DNA of 62,419 bases from Gammaproteobacteria bacterium (GTDB taxonomy: Bacteria > Pseudomonadota > Gammaproteobacteria > SZUA-140), in assembly GCA_026981935.1 (NCBI GenBank), contig JALSIC010000056.1:1-62419 (forward strand). The letters are read 5' to 3'. Below, piece after piece: positions 1-10,909 of the stretch. Made by a program: the position numbers and the translations under genes. The notes beneath the pieces were generated by a model that was not told the origin of the DNA, made no database searches, and saw only the letters and a program-made list of their open reading frames with translations. How positions within the stretch are numbered: the stretch's first letter is position 1; every line of letters starts with the position of its first letter.

Positions 1-1773
1 AAAGGTACGAGCCGACGGACAGGAACTGGATACTGAGGCGCCAAGGCTGGACGAGTTAGCGTGAGATAACGAAGTCCATATCCACCAAGGGCCGGCAGCG
101 TAAATCCAGCGGTTGTGTACCGAAGGTCAGCAAGGGGAGTCGGCTTACCCCGGGAGGCCTGTAGGGTTGTCTCGGAATCGGGACTGGTGGTACCGCGAGG
201 TGCCATACCGCCATACAGGAGTCAGCAGAGGGCATAGTAGGTCATGGGACGATGGCCGAAGGCCCGAACGGCAGGGAAGGTGAGTAGGGACAGGAGACTT
301 GTGGATACTGATCAAGGCAGACAAGTCCGCGAGCGGACCTCGAACCGGGGAGCCGGGGTGAAGCCCGGGGACCGGGTGCGAAGGCTGAGGTAGACGTGGC
401 GTCTCGGGCATCCGAAAACCTGATGTTTGGCATGGAGCTGATGGAGGAAATCTGTGAGCGAAGCAACCTGAAAGCGGCGTTGCAGCGTGTCAGGCGCAAC
501 CGGGGGAGTCCGGGCGTGGACGGCATGACCGTTGACGAACTGCCGGCTTACCTGAGAGCGCACTGGCCGGTGATCAAGGCAAGTTTGCTGGCGGGATGCT
601 ACCAACCTCAACCTGTAAGACGGGTCGAGATCCCCAAGCCGGGGCGTACGGAGAAGCGCAAGCTGGGTATACCCTGTGTGCTGGATCGATTGATCCAGAA
701 GGCGATCTTGCAAGTCTTGCAGCGGGAGTGGGACCGGACCTTTTCCGAGAGCAATTCAATTATGGTTTTCGCCCGGGGCGCTCGGCGCACCAGGCGATCG
801 CCAAGGCCCAATCGCACATCCAGGCCGGGTACGGGTATGTGGCGGATATTGACCTGGAAAAATTCTTTGACCAAGTCAACCACGACCGACTGATGGCCCG
901 GCTGGCGTCCAGGATCGGCGACAAGCGGGTTTTGAAGCTGATCCGCGACTATTTGCGAGCGGGGGTACTGGAGAACGGGCTGGTCAGCGTCCCGACGGCG
1001 GGCACCCCCCAAGGTGGGCCCCTTGCGCCTTTTCTGTCCAATGTGGTACTGGACGAGTTGGACAAGGAGCTGGAGTCGCGTGGTCATTGTTACGTCCGCT
1101 ATGCCGATGACTGCAATATTTACGTCAGGAGTCGGCGTGCTGGCGAACGGGTGATGAGGAGCGTCAGCCGCTTCATTACCCAGCGGCTCAAGCTGAGGGT
1201 CAACGAGGGCAAAAGTGCGGTGGATATCCCGCAGAACAGGACGTTTCTGGGTTACACCTTTACCGGAGGCAAGCGCCCGAACCGGCGCAAGATTGCGCCG
1301 GCATCGATCCGGCGATTCAAGGCCCAGATACGCCGTCTGACGCGGCGTAATTGGAGCGTGAGTCTGGAGGAGCGGATCGACCGGCTGTCCAGGTACCTGA
1401 CGGGCTGGCGAGGTTATTATGGATTTTGTGAGACCGCGTCGGTACTTCGGGATCTGGACAGTTGGATCAGGCGCCGCCCGCGGTCGGTGGTATGGAAGCA
1501 GTGGAAGGTGTACCGCAAGCGCAAGCGTGAATTGATCAACTTGGGTGTCAGTGACCGGCTGGCCCATGCAACGGCGTGGAGTGCGAAAGGCCCTTGGCGC
1601 AGCAGTCATACACGGGGTATCTGTCTTGCACTCAACAAGGGCTATTTTGCCGCACTTGGCCTGCCAGAGTTGGTGCCATGTCGAAACATTTAACCTTGCC
1701 GAACCGCCTTGGTACGGACCCGTATGCCGGGTGGTGTGGGAGGGAAAGCCCGTGAGGGCCTCCCTATCCCGAT
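1..1773 (+). mobile_element. Group II intron, class C (IIC)-like; 5' end lies upstream of the window
   Basis: RT/maturase ORF followed by a DV/DVI-like sequence GAACCGCCTTGGTACGGACCCGTATGCCGGGTGGTGTGGGAGGG...TCCCTATCCCGAT (1701-1773) with the CGC triad and 3' AT end typical of IIC; no endonuclease domain. Confidence 0.9.
396..1693 (+). pseudogene. ltrA: Group II intron reverse transcriptase/maturase, frameshifted at about 752-761
   Basis: N-part in ORF 396..893 (NRGSPGVDGMT, VEIPKPG, LGIPCVLDRLIQ); C-part in ORF 596..1693 (YGFRPGRSAH, DLEKFFD, GTPQGGPL, RYADD, FLGYTF). Removing one copy of CAATT-CAATT restores FSESNYGFRP. Confidence 0.88.
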
Positions 1774-2030
1774 GGATAAAAACCCAACCCTTTTCATAAG
1801 CTTTATTGGTCGTGGGGATATCTGACAACCTGCGCTGGAATAATGCGCAGTGCCACTTTTAAAAAACAGCGTAAAGGGCGTTCGGGCGGGCTGAACTGCT
1901 GGTGGTATTGGGAGCGGGTTTCAATGCGCATGCCTGCTGGATGGTTGAGAGGTTCGTGGCCTAAGTTCGTGTGCAAATGTCCCATGTTCAAGACGCGGGC
2001 GAGCACTGTCCTGACAGGCGTGGGTATTTT

Positions 2031-4109
2031 TTAAGGCTGACGCATGAGCAGGAGCAGGCCTCGGCGGCCGGTGCCGGTCGCGGTCTCTTCAATGGGCAGA
2101 GCCATCAGTTCGCCGCCCCGCGCGGCAAAGCCCGCTGCCGTTCCCAGGCCGGTGAGGTTGAGGGTGAGGGCCCCATCCACCACGCTGACCGAGTAGGTTC
2201 CAGTGTAATTGTTGCTGCCGGTGGCCGTGGAGACGGCATTGGTGTTACCACCCGCTGCGGCGGCTGCATCCATGGTGGCGCGCTGGAAATAGAGATTGCT
2301 TCCAGAGACATTGCCCGCGCCATCGAAGGTAAAGGTACCGTAGGCCACTTCCGTCTCGATGAAGGCGGTACCCGTGCCTTCGGTCAAAGTCGTGATCAGG
2401 GCCACCGCATTATAGGTGCCGCTGATGGCGGCTTGATCAATGCCGACTTCCTGGAGTGCGGCAAGCGCGACACCGCGGCCTTCGCCGGCTGCGCCGCCCA
2501 TCATGCCGCCGCCACTGCCGCCCATCATGCCGCCGGCCCCGCTGTCACCGCATTGGGCGGTCATGCCCATGCCGCCGCCTCCGCTCATGCCCCCGCCGGC
2601 TATCCAGGAGGAGAAGGCCAGCAGGGATGAAACCTGGCCGTCGGGAACCTGGACGCGCATGCCTTGCAGGAAGTCACCACTTCCCATGCCGCCGCCCATC
2701 ATGACACCCGTGTCACCCAAGGGTGCGAGGACGTCATTGCCGGGCAATACTTCGTAGACGCCGGAGACGGTATCGGTGCCGCTGTTGCTGCTGACCGTAT
2801 AATTGCCCAGGTCCAAAGTGAGCGTGCTGACAGTGCCATTGCTGGAAGAGAGCGCGCTTTGTCCCTCGGTGTCCACGGTGCTGGGATCGAAGATGAGCGT
2901 GATACTGCCCGTGGCAGTGGAAAAGGCGTTGCCTCCGCCCATTCCTCCGCCATTGCTGAGATAGCTGGCTGACCAGACCATGTTGTAATTACCGTTGAGT
3001 TCGGGATTGAGGCTGACACCATCCCGGGGCATGGTGTTTTCAGTGAGAAAGCCGAAACGGATACCTCGCCCTATTCCCGTGGCGTTGCCGTCCACGCCGG
3101 CCACGGTATTGGTCCAGGGATAGATGAGCAGCTTGTTGTCTGCCGAAAACATGCCCATCACGGCGCCACCACCCTGGGCGGGTTTGACGGTCACCTGGCC
3201 GTTGCTGGCGGGTACGAAGCGGTCACCGATGAGCTGGCTGGCGTCGCAGAAATAAGAGGCGCTGGCGAAATCAGAGAGCACCAGCATGCCGAATTCCACG
3301 CCGCCGTCCGTTTCCGGTGTGGCCTGCTTGAAGCCCAGGGCGCCGTCGATGGCCCGGTGGTCTATGGCCGCAGAGGAACTGGGTGTAAATTGAGGTGGCG
3401 GTACCAGGGTGGTGGTCGCGCCGATCAGGGCGTAGTCGTTCTGGGACAGGGCCATGACACTGCCGGGGGTGCCATAGCCTGCGGTCATGTCCGTCAGAAT
3501 GGATCCTGCCTGGGTACGGACTATATTGACGGCATCATCGAAAGTGGCGGCGCCGCCGACATCGATATCCATGCCATTGACCAGGTCCACGAGGGCCTTT
3601 ACTTCGCTGACGGCATAGTTGCCCAGTACCGTGCCGGTATTGAGGATCTCGTCGATGATGCTGCGTACCACCGCTTCGCTCACCGGCGTGATGTCGATAT
3701 TGGTCTGGGTGACGATGGCCCGGGTGGGGGCGGGTTCGTTGGGCAGGCGCACGGCCAGGTCGCTGGAGGGCGGCTCGTTGGTGGTGAAACTGTAGTTGCC
3801 GCTGGCATCACTGGTGGTGGTGGCGATGACCGCAATGACATTGCCCTGGTTGTCCAGGCGCACCAGTTCCACAGTGGCGTTGGCCACGGGGGCGAGACCC
3901 ACGACATCGGCCTGGAGATCAGAGATGAAGAGTCCGCGCAGCCGCGCCAGGAGACCCGTGCGGGACACTTGTGCCACCTGCTGCGCCGGCAGCAGTACCG
4001 TGCCGCGGATGGTACTGCTGGAATTCCCGTCAACGCTGCATCCACTCTGAAGCCATGCGATGACCACGGCGAAAATGAGAAATAGCGGGATGACAACGAC
4101 TCTTTTCAT
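2031..4109 (-). CDS. Large predicted lipoprotein, beta-rich, with Gly/Met-rich insertions; function unknown
   Basis: 692-aa ORF, signal peptide with lipobox-like LQSGC, carboxypeptidase-regulatory-like N-domain (ATTTSDASGNYSF), GGGMSGGGGMGM and GGMMGGSGGGMMGG tracts. Confidence 0.8.
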   Translation of the reverse strand: MKRVVVIPLFLIFAVVIAWLQSGCSVDGNSSSTIRGTVLLPAQQVAQVSRTGLLARLRGLFISDLQADVVGLAPVANATVELVRLDNQGNVIAVIATTTSDASGNYSFTTNEPPSSDLAVRLPNEPAPTRAIVTQTNIDITPVSEAVVRSIIDEILNTGTVLGNYAVSEVKALVDLVNGMDIDVGGAATFDDAVNIVRTQAGSILTDMTAGYGTPGSVMALSQNDYALIGATTTLVPPPQFTPSSSAAIDHRAIDGALGFKQATPETDGGVEFGMLVLSDFASASYFCDASQLIGDRFVPASNGQVTVKPAQGGGAVMGMFSADNKLLIYPWTNTVAGVDGNATGIGRGIRFGFLTENTMPRDGVSLNPELNGNYNMVWSASYLSNGGGMGGGNAFSTATGSITLIFDPSTVDTEGQSALSSSNGTVSTLTLDLGNYTVSSNSGTDTVSGVYEVLPGNDVLAPLGDTGVMMGGGMGSGDFLQGMRVQVPDGQVSSLLAFSSWIAGGGMSGGGGMGMTAQCGDSGAGGMMGGSGGGMMGGAAGEGRGVALAALQEVGIDQAAISGTYNAVALITTLTEGTGTAFIETEVAYGTFTFDGAGNVSGSNLYFQRATMDAAAAAGGNTNAVSTATGSNNYTGTYSVSVVDGALTLNLTGLGTAAGFAARGGELMALPIEETATGTGRRGLLLLMRQP

Positions 4110-4349
4110 ATTTCTGCCTCATTTCAGCCGGTGGACGGCGGGTTTTCAGTACGGTCTGCAGAAGACGGCTTTTATGCCGTCTTGGTCATCGTCCCGTGAT
4201 AAGAGCTGAGAGGCACGCAGTCAGTGCCACGAGAGGGGCAGAGAACGCTGTCCCTGGTCTTCCGTGGAAACCTTCTTCTTCAAGAAAGAAGGGATGTGAA
4301 TTAGACGGTGGAGGTGTCTGTTTGGTTCCCCCGGCGTTTCTGATTTTCC

Positions 4350-4370
4350 GTTTTATGTCAGTTTTATGTC
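4350..4370. promoter_or_regulatory. 11-bp-period direct repeat GTTTTATGTCA-GTTTTATGTC, candidate OmpR/PhoB-family regulator box
   Basis: Tandem 11-bp-period repeat in the intergenic region upstream of the 692-aa lipoprotein; this spacing is typical of OmpR-family sites. Confidence 0.35.
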
Positions 4371-4437
4371 GCTGGGGATGACTGCCTTCCTTCGGATTTC
4401 AATGGCAATACATTTAGAGTGGTTTCTGGCGCCGCGG

Positions 4438-5319
4438 TCAACAGGCATCGAAGAGGGCGAGCAGGGCATCCAGCCCGCAATGGTCGAAACACAGGTCAGC
4501 GACGGCCTTGAGAGCCGGCTTGGCATGATAGGCCACGCCCAGGCCCGCGTGCTGCAGCATGGGCAGGTCATTGGCGCCGTCGCCTATGGCAATGGTGCGG
4601 TGGGGGGAGATGTCCAGCCGGGCACAGAGCTGTTCGAGGAAGTCGGCCTTGGCCTGTGCCCCCACGATTTTCCCCCTGACCCGCCCGGTGAGGCGGCCAT
4701 GCTCGATTTCCAGCTCGTTGGCCAGGGTGAAGTCCAGGCCATACCGCGCCTGCAGGCGCGTGGTGAAGAAGGTGAAGCCGCCGGAGACCAATGCAAAGGG
4801 AATACGGCGCGCATGCAGGCCCTCGACGAGTTCCTGCGCGCCGGGATTGAGCCGCAGGCGTCGTTCATAGACCTGTTCCAGCACGGTCTCGGGCAGGCCC
4901 GCCAGCAGACCCACGCGGCGCGTGAGCGAGGTCTCGAAATCGATCTCGCCGCGCATGGCGGCCGCCGTGATGGCGGCGACCTGGGGCTTCAGGCCGGCGT
5001 GATCGGCGATCTCGTCGATGCACTCGATGCCGATGAAAGTGGAGTCCATGTCGCTGATGACGAGCCCGACGGACCCGGGGTCGAACTCCCGTGGCAAGGA
5101 GTTGATGTCGCAGCGATGCTTGTCGCGCAAGGCTGCCAGGATCCCCGGGTCGGGCGGCGCCGGCATTTCGATGCGAAAGCCGTGGGGGCAGCCGCGCAGG
5201 CGTCCTCCCAGGCGCCGGGCGATGGTCTCGGCATCCGGGGTGCCCAGTCCGGGGCCCTGGAGCAGTAGCGTCGTGTTCATGGAGCCGGCATGTCCATATT
5301 GTCGTTCATCATTGCGCAA
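4438..5319 (-). CDS. serB: Phosphoserine phosphatase (HAD); start may be 5280
   Basis: DMDST, ECIDEIA, AMRGEIDF, VSGGF and GDGANDLPM motifs. Confidence 0.95.
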   Translation of the reverse strand: MRNDERQYGHAGSMNTTLLLQGPGLGTPDAETIARRLGGRLRGCPHGFRIEMPAPPDPGILAALRDKHRCDINSLPREFDPGSVGLVISDMDSTFIGIECIDEIADHAGLKPQVAAITAAAMRGEIDFETSLTRRVGLLAGLPETVLEQVYERRLRLNPGAQELVEGLHARRIPFALVSGGFTFFTTRLQARYGLDFTLANELEIEHGRLTGRVRGKIVGAQAKADFLEQLCARLDISPHRTIAIGDGANDLPMLQHAGLGVAYHAKPALKAVADLCFDHCGLDALLALFDAC

Positions 5320-5410
5320 AGGGGGCTATCATACCCGCCACCCTGCGTGATGGCCATCACGCAGGTACGGCACGCAGGCAGGGCACTGTGGCAGGCGAAT
5401 CCGCCATGTG

Positions 5411-6646
5411 TCAGGCAGGCACGAACAGGGCGACCAGATCGTCGAGGAAGCGTCGTCCGAGACCGGTGGGGCGAAAATGCGTGGGGTCGTCTTCAAGGAG
5501 GCCGCGCCGGATGCCTTCTTCCACGCCACGGCTTGCTGCCAGGGGCGGCAAACCGGTGTGGTCCTGGAACAGGGCCCGGGGGACGCCCTCCGTAAGGCGC
5601 AGGGCGTTCATCATGAATTCCAGCACCAGATCCGGGGGCGCCAGGTTCCGCGGATTGACCACGCCATCCGGTGTGCCCGCCCGGGCCAGGTAGGCGCGGG
5701 GATGGCGCGGCTTGCTGAAGCGCTTCACCGTATTCGTCGCGGCGTCGCTCAGCTTGGCATGGGCGCCGGCGCCGATGCCCAGGTAGTCGCCGAACTGCCA
5801 GTAGTTGAGGTTGTGCCGGCAGGCGCGGCCGGGCAGTGCGTGGGCCGAGACCTCGTAATGGACATAACCGGCCGTTGCGAGGCGCTCGGCGCAGCGGCGG
5901 TGCATGTGCCAGAGGACCTCTTCCGCCGGCAGGGGGGGTGGATGGCGGTAGAACGCGGTGTTGGGCTCCAGGGTGAGCTGGTAGTGGGAGAGATGGGGTG
6001 GCTTGCAGGCAAGGGCGGTATCGAGATCCGCCAGCGCGGCCTGTTCGTCCTGCCCCGGCAGGCCGTACATCAGGTCCAGGTTCCAGTTCTCGAAGCCGGC
6101 CGCGGTCACTGCCTCGATGGCGTCCCGCGCCGTTGCGGCATCGTGGATGCGGCCCAGGCGGCGCAGGCTGTCGTCGTTGAAACTCTGTACGCCCAGGGAG
6201 AGCCGGTTGATGCCCGCCGCGCGCAGCTCGGCAAGACGCGCCCGGTCCACGGTGCCCGGGTTGGCTTCCAGGGTGATTTCCGCGTCCGGTACCAGGCACA
6301 GGCGCGCGCGCAGATTCGATAGCAGCGCGTCCACCGTCTCGGGGGAGAGCAGGCTGGGTGTGCCCCCACCGATGAAGAGGCTGATGACGGGCCTTCCCCA
6401 CACGGCGGGGAGGTCCTGCTCCAGGTCGCGGACAAGGGCCGCCGTATATGCAGATTCCGGCAGCTCTTCGCCGACTTCATGGGAATTGAAGTCGCAATAG
6501 GGACACTTGCGCACGCACCAGGGCACGTGCACATAGAGGGACAGCGGCGGCAGGGCCGCAAAACGCGGCCCTGCGCCTTGCAGGGCCGTCACGATCCCGT
6601 TCGATGCACCGTCACTGGATGTCCGTGGCGATGAGACGCCCGCCAT
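5411..6646 (-). CDS. hemW: Radical SAM haem chaperone HemW (YggW); start uncertain
   Basis: YVHVPWCVRKCPYCDFNSH, GGGTPS, EANP, HNLNYWQFGDYLGIGAGAH; rph-rdgB-hemW synteny. Confidence 0.93.
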   Translation of the reverse strand: MAGVSSPRTSSDGASNGIVTALQGAGPRFAALPPLSLYVHVPWCVRKCPYCDFNSHEVGEELPESAYTAALVRDLEQDLPAVWGRPVISLFIGGGTPSLLSPETVDALLSNLRARLCLVPDAEITLEANPGTVDRARLAELRAAGINRLSLGVQSFNDDSLRRLGRIHDAATARDAIEAVTAAGFENWNLDLMYGLPGQDEQAALADLDTALACKPPHLSHYQLTLEPNTAFYRHPPPLPAEEVLWHMHRRCAERLATAGYVHYEVSAHALPGRACRHNLNYWQFGDYLGIGAGAHAKLSDAATNTVKRFSKPRHPRAYLARAGTPDGVVNPRNLAPPDLVLEFMMNALRLTEGVPRALFQDHTGLPPLAASRGVEEGIRRGLLEDDPTHFRPTGLGRRFLDDLVALFVPA

Positions 6647-6938
6647 CCTCGCCGTTGTAGTGGACGATCACCTGGCCCCGGGCGCTGGCCGCCTTGAGCA
6701 GCAGCTTGTCGTTGAGAACGAACGTGATGGGCTGCCGGGTCTCGGCATCACGGATGGTCAGGGTCCTGGCGTCACGATCCAGGGACAGGACCTGCCCGAT
6801 GTGCGTGTTGGGACCCATGGCGCTGCAGGCCAGGGCCGCGCCTGTCCCCCCGGTGAGAACGACGGTGAGAACGACGACCAGGGCGAGAACCTGGATGAAG
6901 AGGCGGGGTATGAAGGGTTCCTTTATGAAGCGTTTCAT
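6612..6938 (-). CDS. Small exported hypothetical protein (108 aa)
   Basis: GGAG RBS before ATG 6938; signal peptide ending AALA-C; compact beta-rich mature part (CSAMGPNTHIGQV...). Confidence 0.7.
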   Translation of the reverse strand: MKRFIKEPFIPRLFIQVLALVVVLTVVLTGGTGAALACSAMGPNTHIGQVLSLDRDARTLTIRDAETRQPITFVLNDKLLLKAASARGQVIVHYNGEDGGRLIATDIQ

Positions 6939-7140
6939 GGGTGACTCCTTCCAGCGTGTGGCTGTTGTGGCAAGAGAGGGGGCGTCTCGTCCGGAAGACC
7001 CGGCAAGCCATCCCCTCGCCATGCCCATACCTTAGCGCGTTGCCATGATATTGCCAATCCCACTTGGGATTCTGGTCGGGATTCTGGTCGGGGTATCGGT
7101 GGGATCCCAATCGGATCTGTCCCGGGATTCGATACAGTGC

Positions 7141-7755
7141 TCAGGCTTCGTCTCTTCCCAAGGCTTCCAGCAGCTTTCGCAGCGCCTGTCCCCGATGGCT
7201 GAGACGGTTTTTCAGTTCCGGTGGCAGTTCTGCCGAGGTGCATCCTCGCTCGGCGATATAGAAGACGGGATCGTAACCGAAGCCGCCGCTGCCCCGCGGG
7301 AAAGAGAGAATGCGCCCTTCCCAGGTGCCCTGGCAGATGAGGGGTGTGGGGTCTTCGGCATGGCGCATGTAGACCATGAGGCACTGGAACCGGGCACTGC
7401 GCGCCGCCTCCGGTACCTGGGCGAGCGCATCGAGGAGCTTCTCCACGTTGGCGAGGTCGTCCGCTTTCGGGCCGGCGTAGCGGGAGGAGCGGATACCGGG
7501 CGCGCCGTGCAGGGCGTCCACTTCCAGCCCCGAGTCGTCGGCGATGGCCGGCAGGCCGGTATGGCGGCAGGCATTGCGGGCCTTGAGAATGGCGTTTTCC
7601 ACGAAACTGAGTCCTGTCTCCCCGGCTTCCGGCACGTTGAACTCTGACTGGGGGAGGATGCGCCAGCCGAGGGGTGCCAGCAGGTCGGCCATCTCCCGCA
7701 CCTTGCCCGGGTTGCCGGTGGCCAGCACGATGGTCCGGCCGCGTTCAGCTTTCAT
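7141..7755 (-). CDS. rdgB: dITP/XTP pyrophosphatase
   Basis: [41 protein letters not shown]. Confidence 0.96.
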   Translation of the reverse strand: MKAERGRTIVLATGNPGKVREMADLLAPLGWRILPQSEFNVPEAGETGLSFVENAILKARNACRHTGLPAIADDSGLEVDALHGAPGIRSSRYAGPKADDLANVEKLLDALAQVPEAARSARFQCLMVYMRHAEDPTPLICQGTWEGRILSFPRGSGGFGYDPVFYIAERGCTSAELPPELKNRLSHRGQALRKLLEALGRDEA

Positions 7756-7814
7756 GGTGTGGCTGTGGGTAATGAGCAATGGCGCATGTCATGGCTCCTG
7801 TGTCTCGTGACGGT

Positions 7815-8540
7815 TCACCCCTCGCCCGTCCCGAGCGCCGCCTGCTGCGCCCTGATCAGCTCGCCGATGCCGCTCTTGGCCAGCTCGACCATGGCCAGAA
7901 GCTCGTCCATGCGGAAGGCGTGTCCCTCTGCCGTGCCCTGGATTTCCACGAAGGCCCCGGCATCGTTCATGACCACGTTCATGTCGGTCTCCGCGGTGGA
8001 GTCTTCTTCATAGTCCAGGTCCAGCACCGGCGTGCCCTGACAGATACCCACGGAGACCGAGGCGATGTAGCCGTGAAGGGGGTTCTTTTCGAGGGTCCCC
8101 GCCTGCATCAGGTGGGTGACGGCATCGTGCAGGGCGACGAAACCGCCGGTGATGGAGGCAGTACGGGTGCCGCCATCGGCCTGGATGACATCACAGTCGA
8201 TGGTGATGGTGTGCTCGCCCAGGGCTGCCAGATCCACGGCGGCGCGCAGGGAGCGGCCGATGAGGCGCTGGATTTCCAGGGTGCGCCCCCCCTGGCGGCC
8301 CCGGGCCGCCTCGCGGTCCATGCGCTGGCCGGTGGAACGCGGCAGCATGCCGTATTCGGCGGTGACCCAGCCCTGGCCGCTGCCCTTGAGGAACCGGGGC
8401 ACTTTTTCTTCCACGCTCGCCGTACACAGCACCCGGGTATCACCGAATTCCACCAGCACCGAGCCTTCGGCATGCTTCGTGTAACGGCGGGTCAGGCGGA
8501 TGGGGCGCAATTCGTCGGGTACACGGCCACTGGGTCGCAT
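7815..8540 (-). CDS. rph: Ribonuclease PH
   Basis: [52 protein letters not shown]. Confidence 0.98.
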   Translation of the reverse strand: MRPSGRVPDELRPIRLTRRYTKHAEGSVLVEFGDTRVLCTASVEEKVPRFLKGSGQGWVTAEYGMLPRSTGQRMDREAARGRQGGRTLEIQRLIGRSLRAAVDLAALGEHTITIDCDVIQADGGTRTASITGGFVALHDAVTHLMQAGTLEKNPLHGYIASVSVGICQGTPVLDLDYEEDSTAETDMNVVMNDAGAFVEIQGTAEGHAFRMDELLAMVELAKSGIGELIRAQQAALGTGEG

Positions 8541-8580
8541 GGCAAGTCCTCACGGTCGGGTCTGGGGGGAGGTGATTATA

Positions 8581-8842
8581 CTAAGACAATCGATAGCAAA
8601 GCGACCTTCAGAGCGACCCAGGCGTTCCGGATCAAGGTGTGGCCCGCAGGGAATGGCTGGCCCTTTCCAAGGGTCGCAACGCCGAGCCGGGACGCCTGGG
8701 CCGCTCCCTCCGGGCGGGCGGTCGGGCGGCCATTCGCGGTGTTGCGGCGGCTTGTCATGGGCGCGCCATGGCGGCGCCACCGCGCCTTGCGACTGACCGC
8801 CCAGCCGCCCGCTGAAGGTCGCTTTGCTATCGATTGTCTTAG
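8581..8842. mobile_element. MITE family A, copy 1 (262 bp)
   Basis: Perfect 31-bp TIR CTAAGACAATCGATAGCAAAGCGACCTTCAG, TA on both sides (8579-80, 8843-44), no coding capacity; near-identical copy at 21837. Confidence 0.9.
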
Positions 8843-8958
8843 TAGCATCGGTTTGCGCTGCCTTTTGCAGGCAGATATGATCCAAGGCTTGTGTGGCGGG
8901 GGATGAAGAGAATGAGACGCTCAGGCATCGAGACTGCGAGCACCGGGGGTAGCGGAAC

Positions 8959-10501
<1,543 letters not shown>

Positions 10502-10556
10502 TGAAAGATTGCCCGACCTGCCTTTTATTTCCAGTTTTTAACCGAAGGAGCAGTAT

Positions 10557-10901
10557 ATGGCACGCATTACCGTAGAGGACTGTCTGGAGCACATCGACAA
10601 CCGCTTCGATCTCATCCTGCTGGCTACCCGGCGGGCCCGCCAGCTCGCCAATGGCGCGGAGGCCACGGTGCCCTGGAACAACGACAAGCCCACCGTGGTG
10701 GCCCTGCGCGAGATCGCGGCCGGCACCATCGACCCCGGCATGCTGGAGGAGGGTGCGGGACGGGAGGCCGGCGACAGCGTGGTGAACGGGGAGAGCCTGG
10801 AAGAACAGCTTCAGGAAGAGCTGCAGAAGGCCGAGGCGGGCCAGGCCGCGTCTCCTGCGCCCTCCCAGGAAGCGCCTGATTTTTCCGGCGACGTCTCATG
10901 A
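10557..10901 (+). CDS. rpoZ: RNA polymerase omega subunit, with an acidic C-terminal extension
   Basis: [28 protein letters not shown]; gmk-rpoZ-spoT synteny. Confidence 0.97.
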   Translation: MARITVEDCLEHIDNRFDLILLATRRARQLANGAEATVPWNNDKPTVVALREIAAGTIDPGMLEEGAGREAGDSVVNGESLEEQLQEELQKAEAGQAASPAPSQEAPDFSGDVS

Positions 10902-10909
10902 GTTGAGCC

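Noticed and set aside
396-1693. Retron, DGR or defence RT
   Set aside because: The RT0 region, maturase X domain and DV/DVI RNA identify it as a group II intron
1803-2034. Short ORFs downstream of the intron (1803-2006 minus, 1843-2034 plus)
   Set aside because: No clear RBS or recognisable motif; cannot be supported
8550-8906. ORFs spanning the MITEs (e.g. 8576-8848, 13150-13401, 21888-22202)
   Set aside because: Translations of the non-coding repeat; the same peptides recur at every copy and show no transposase motifs
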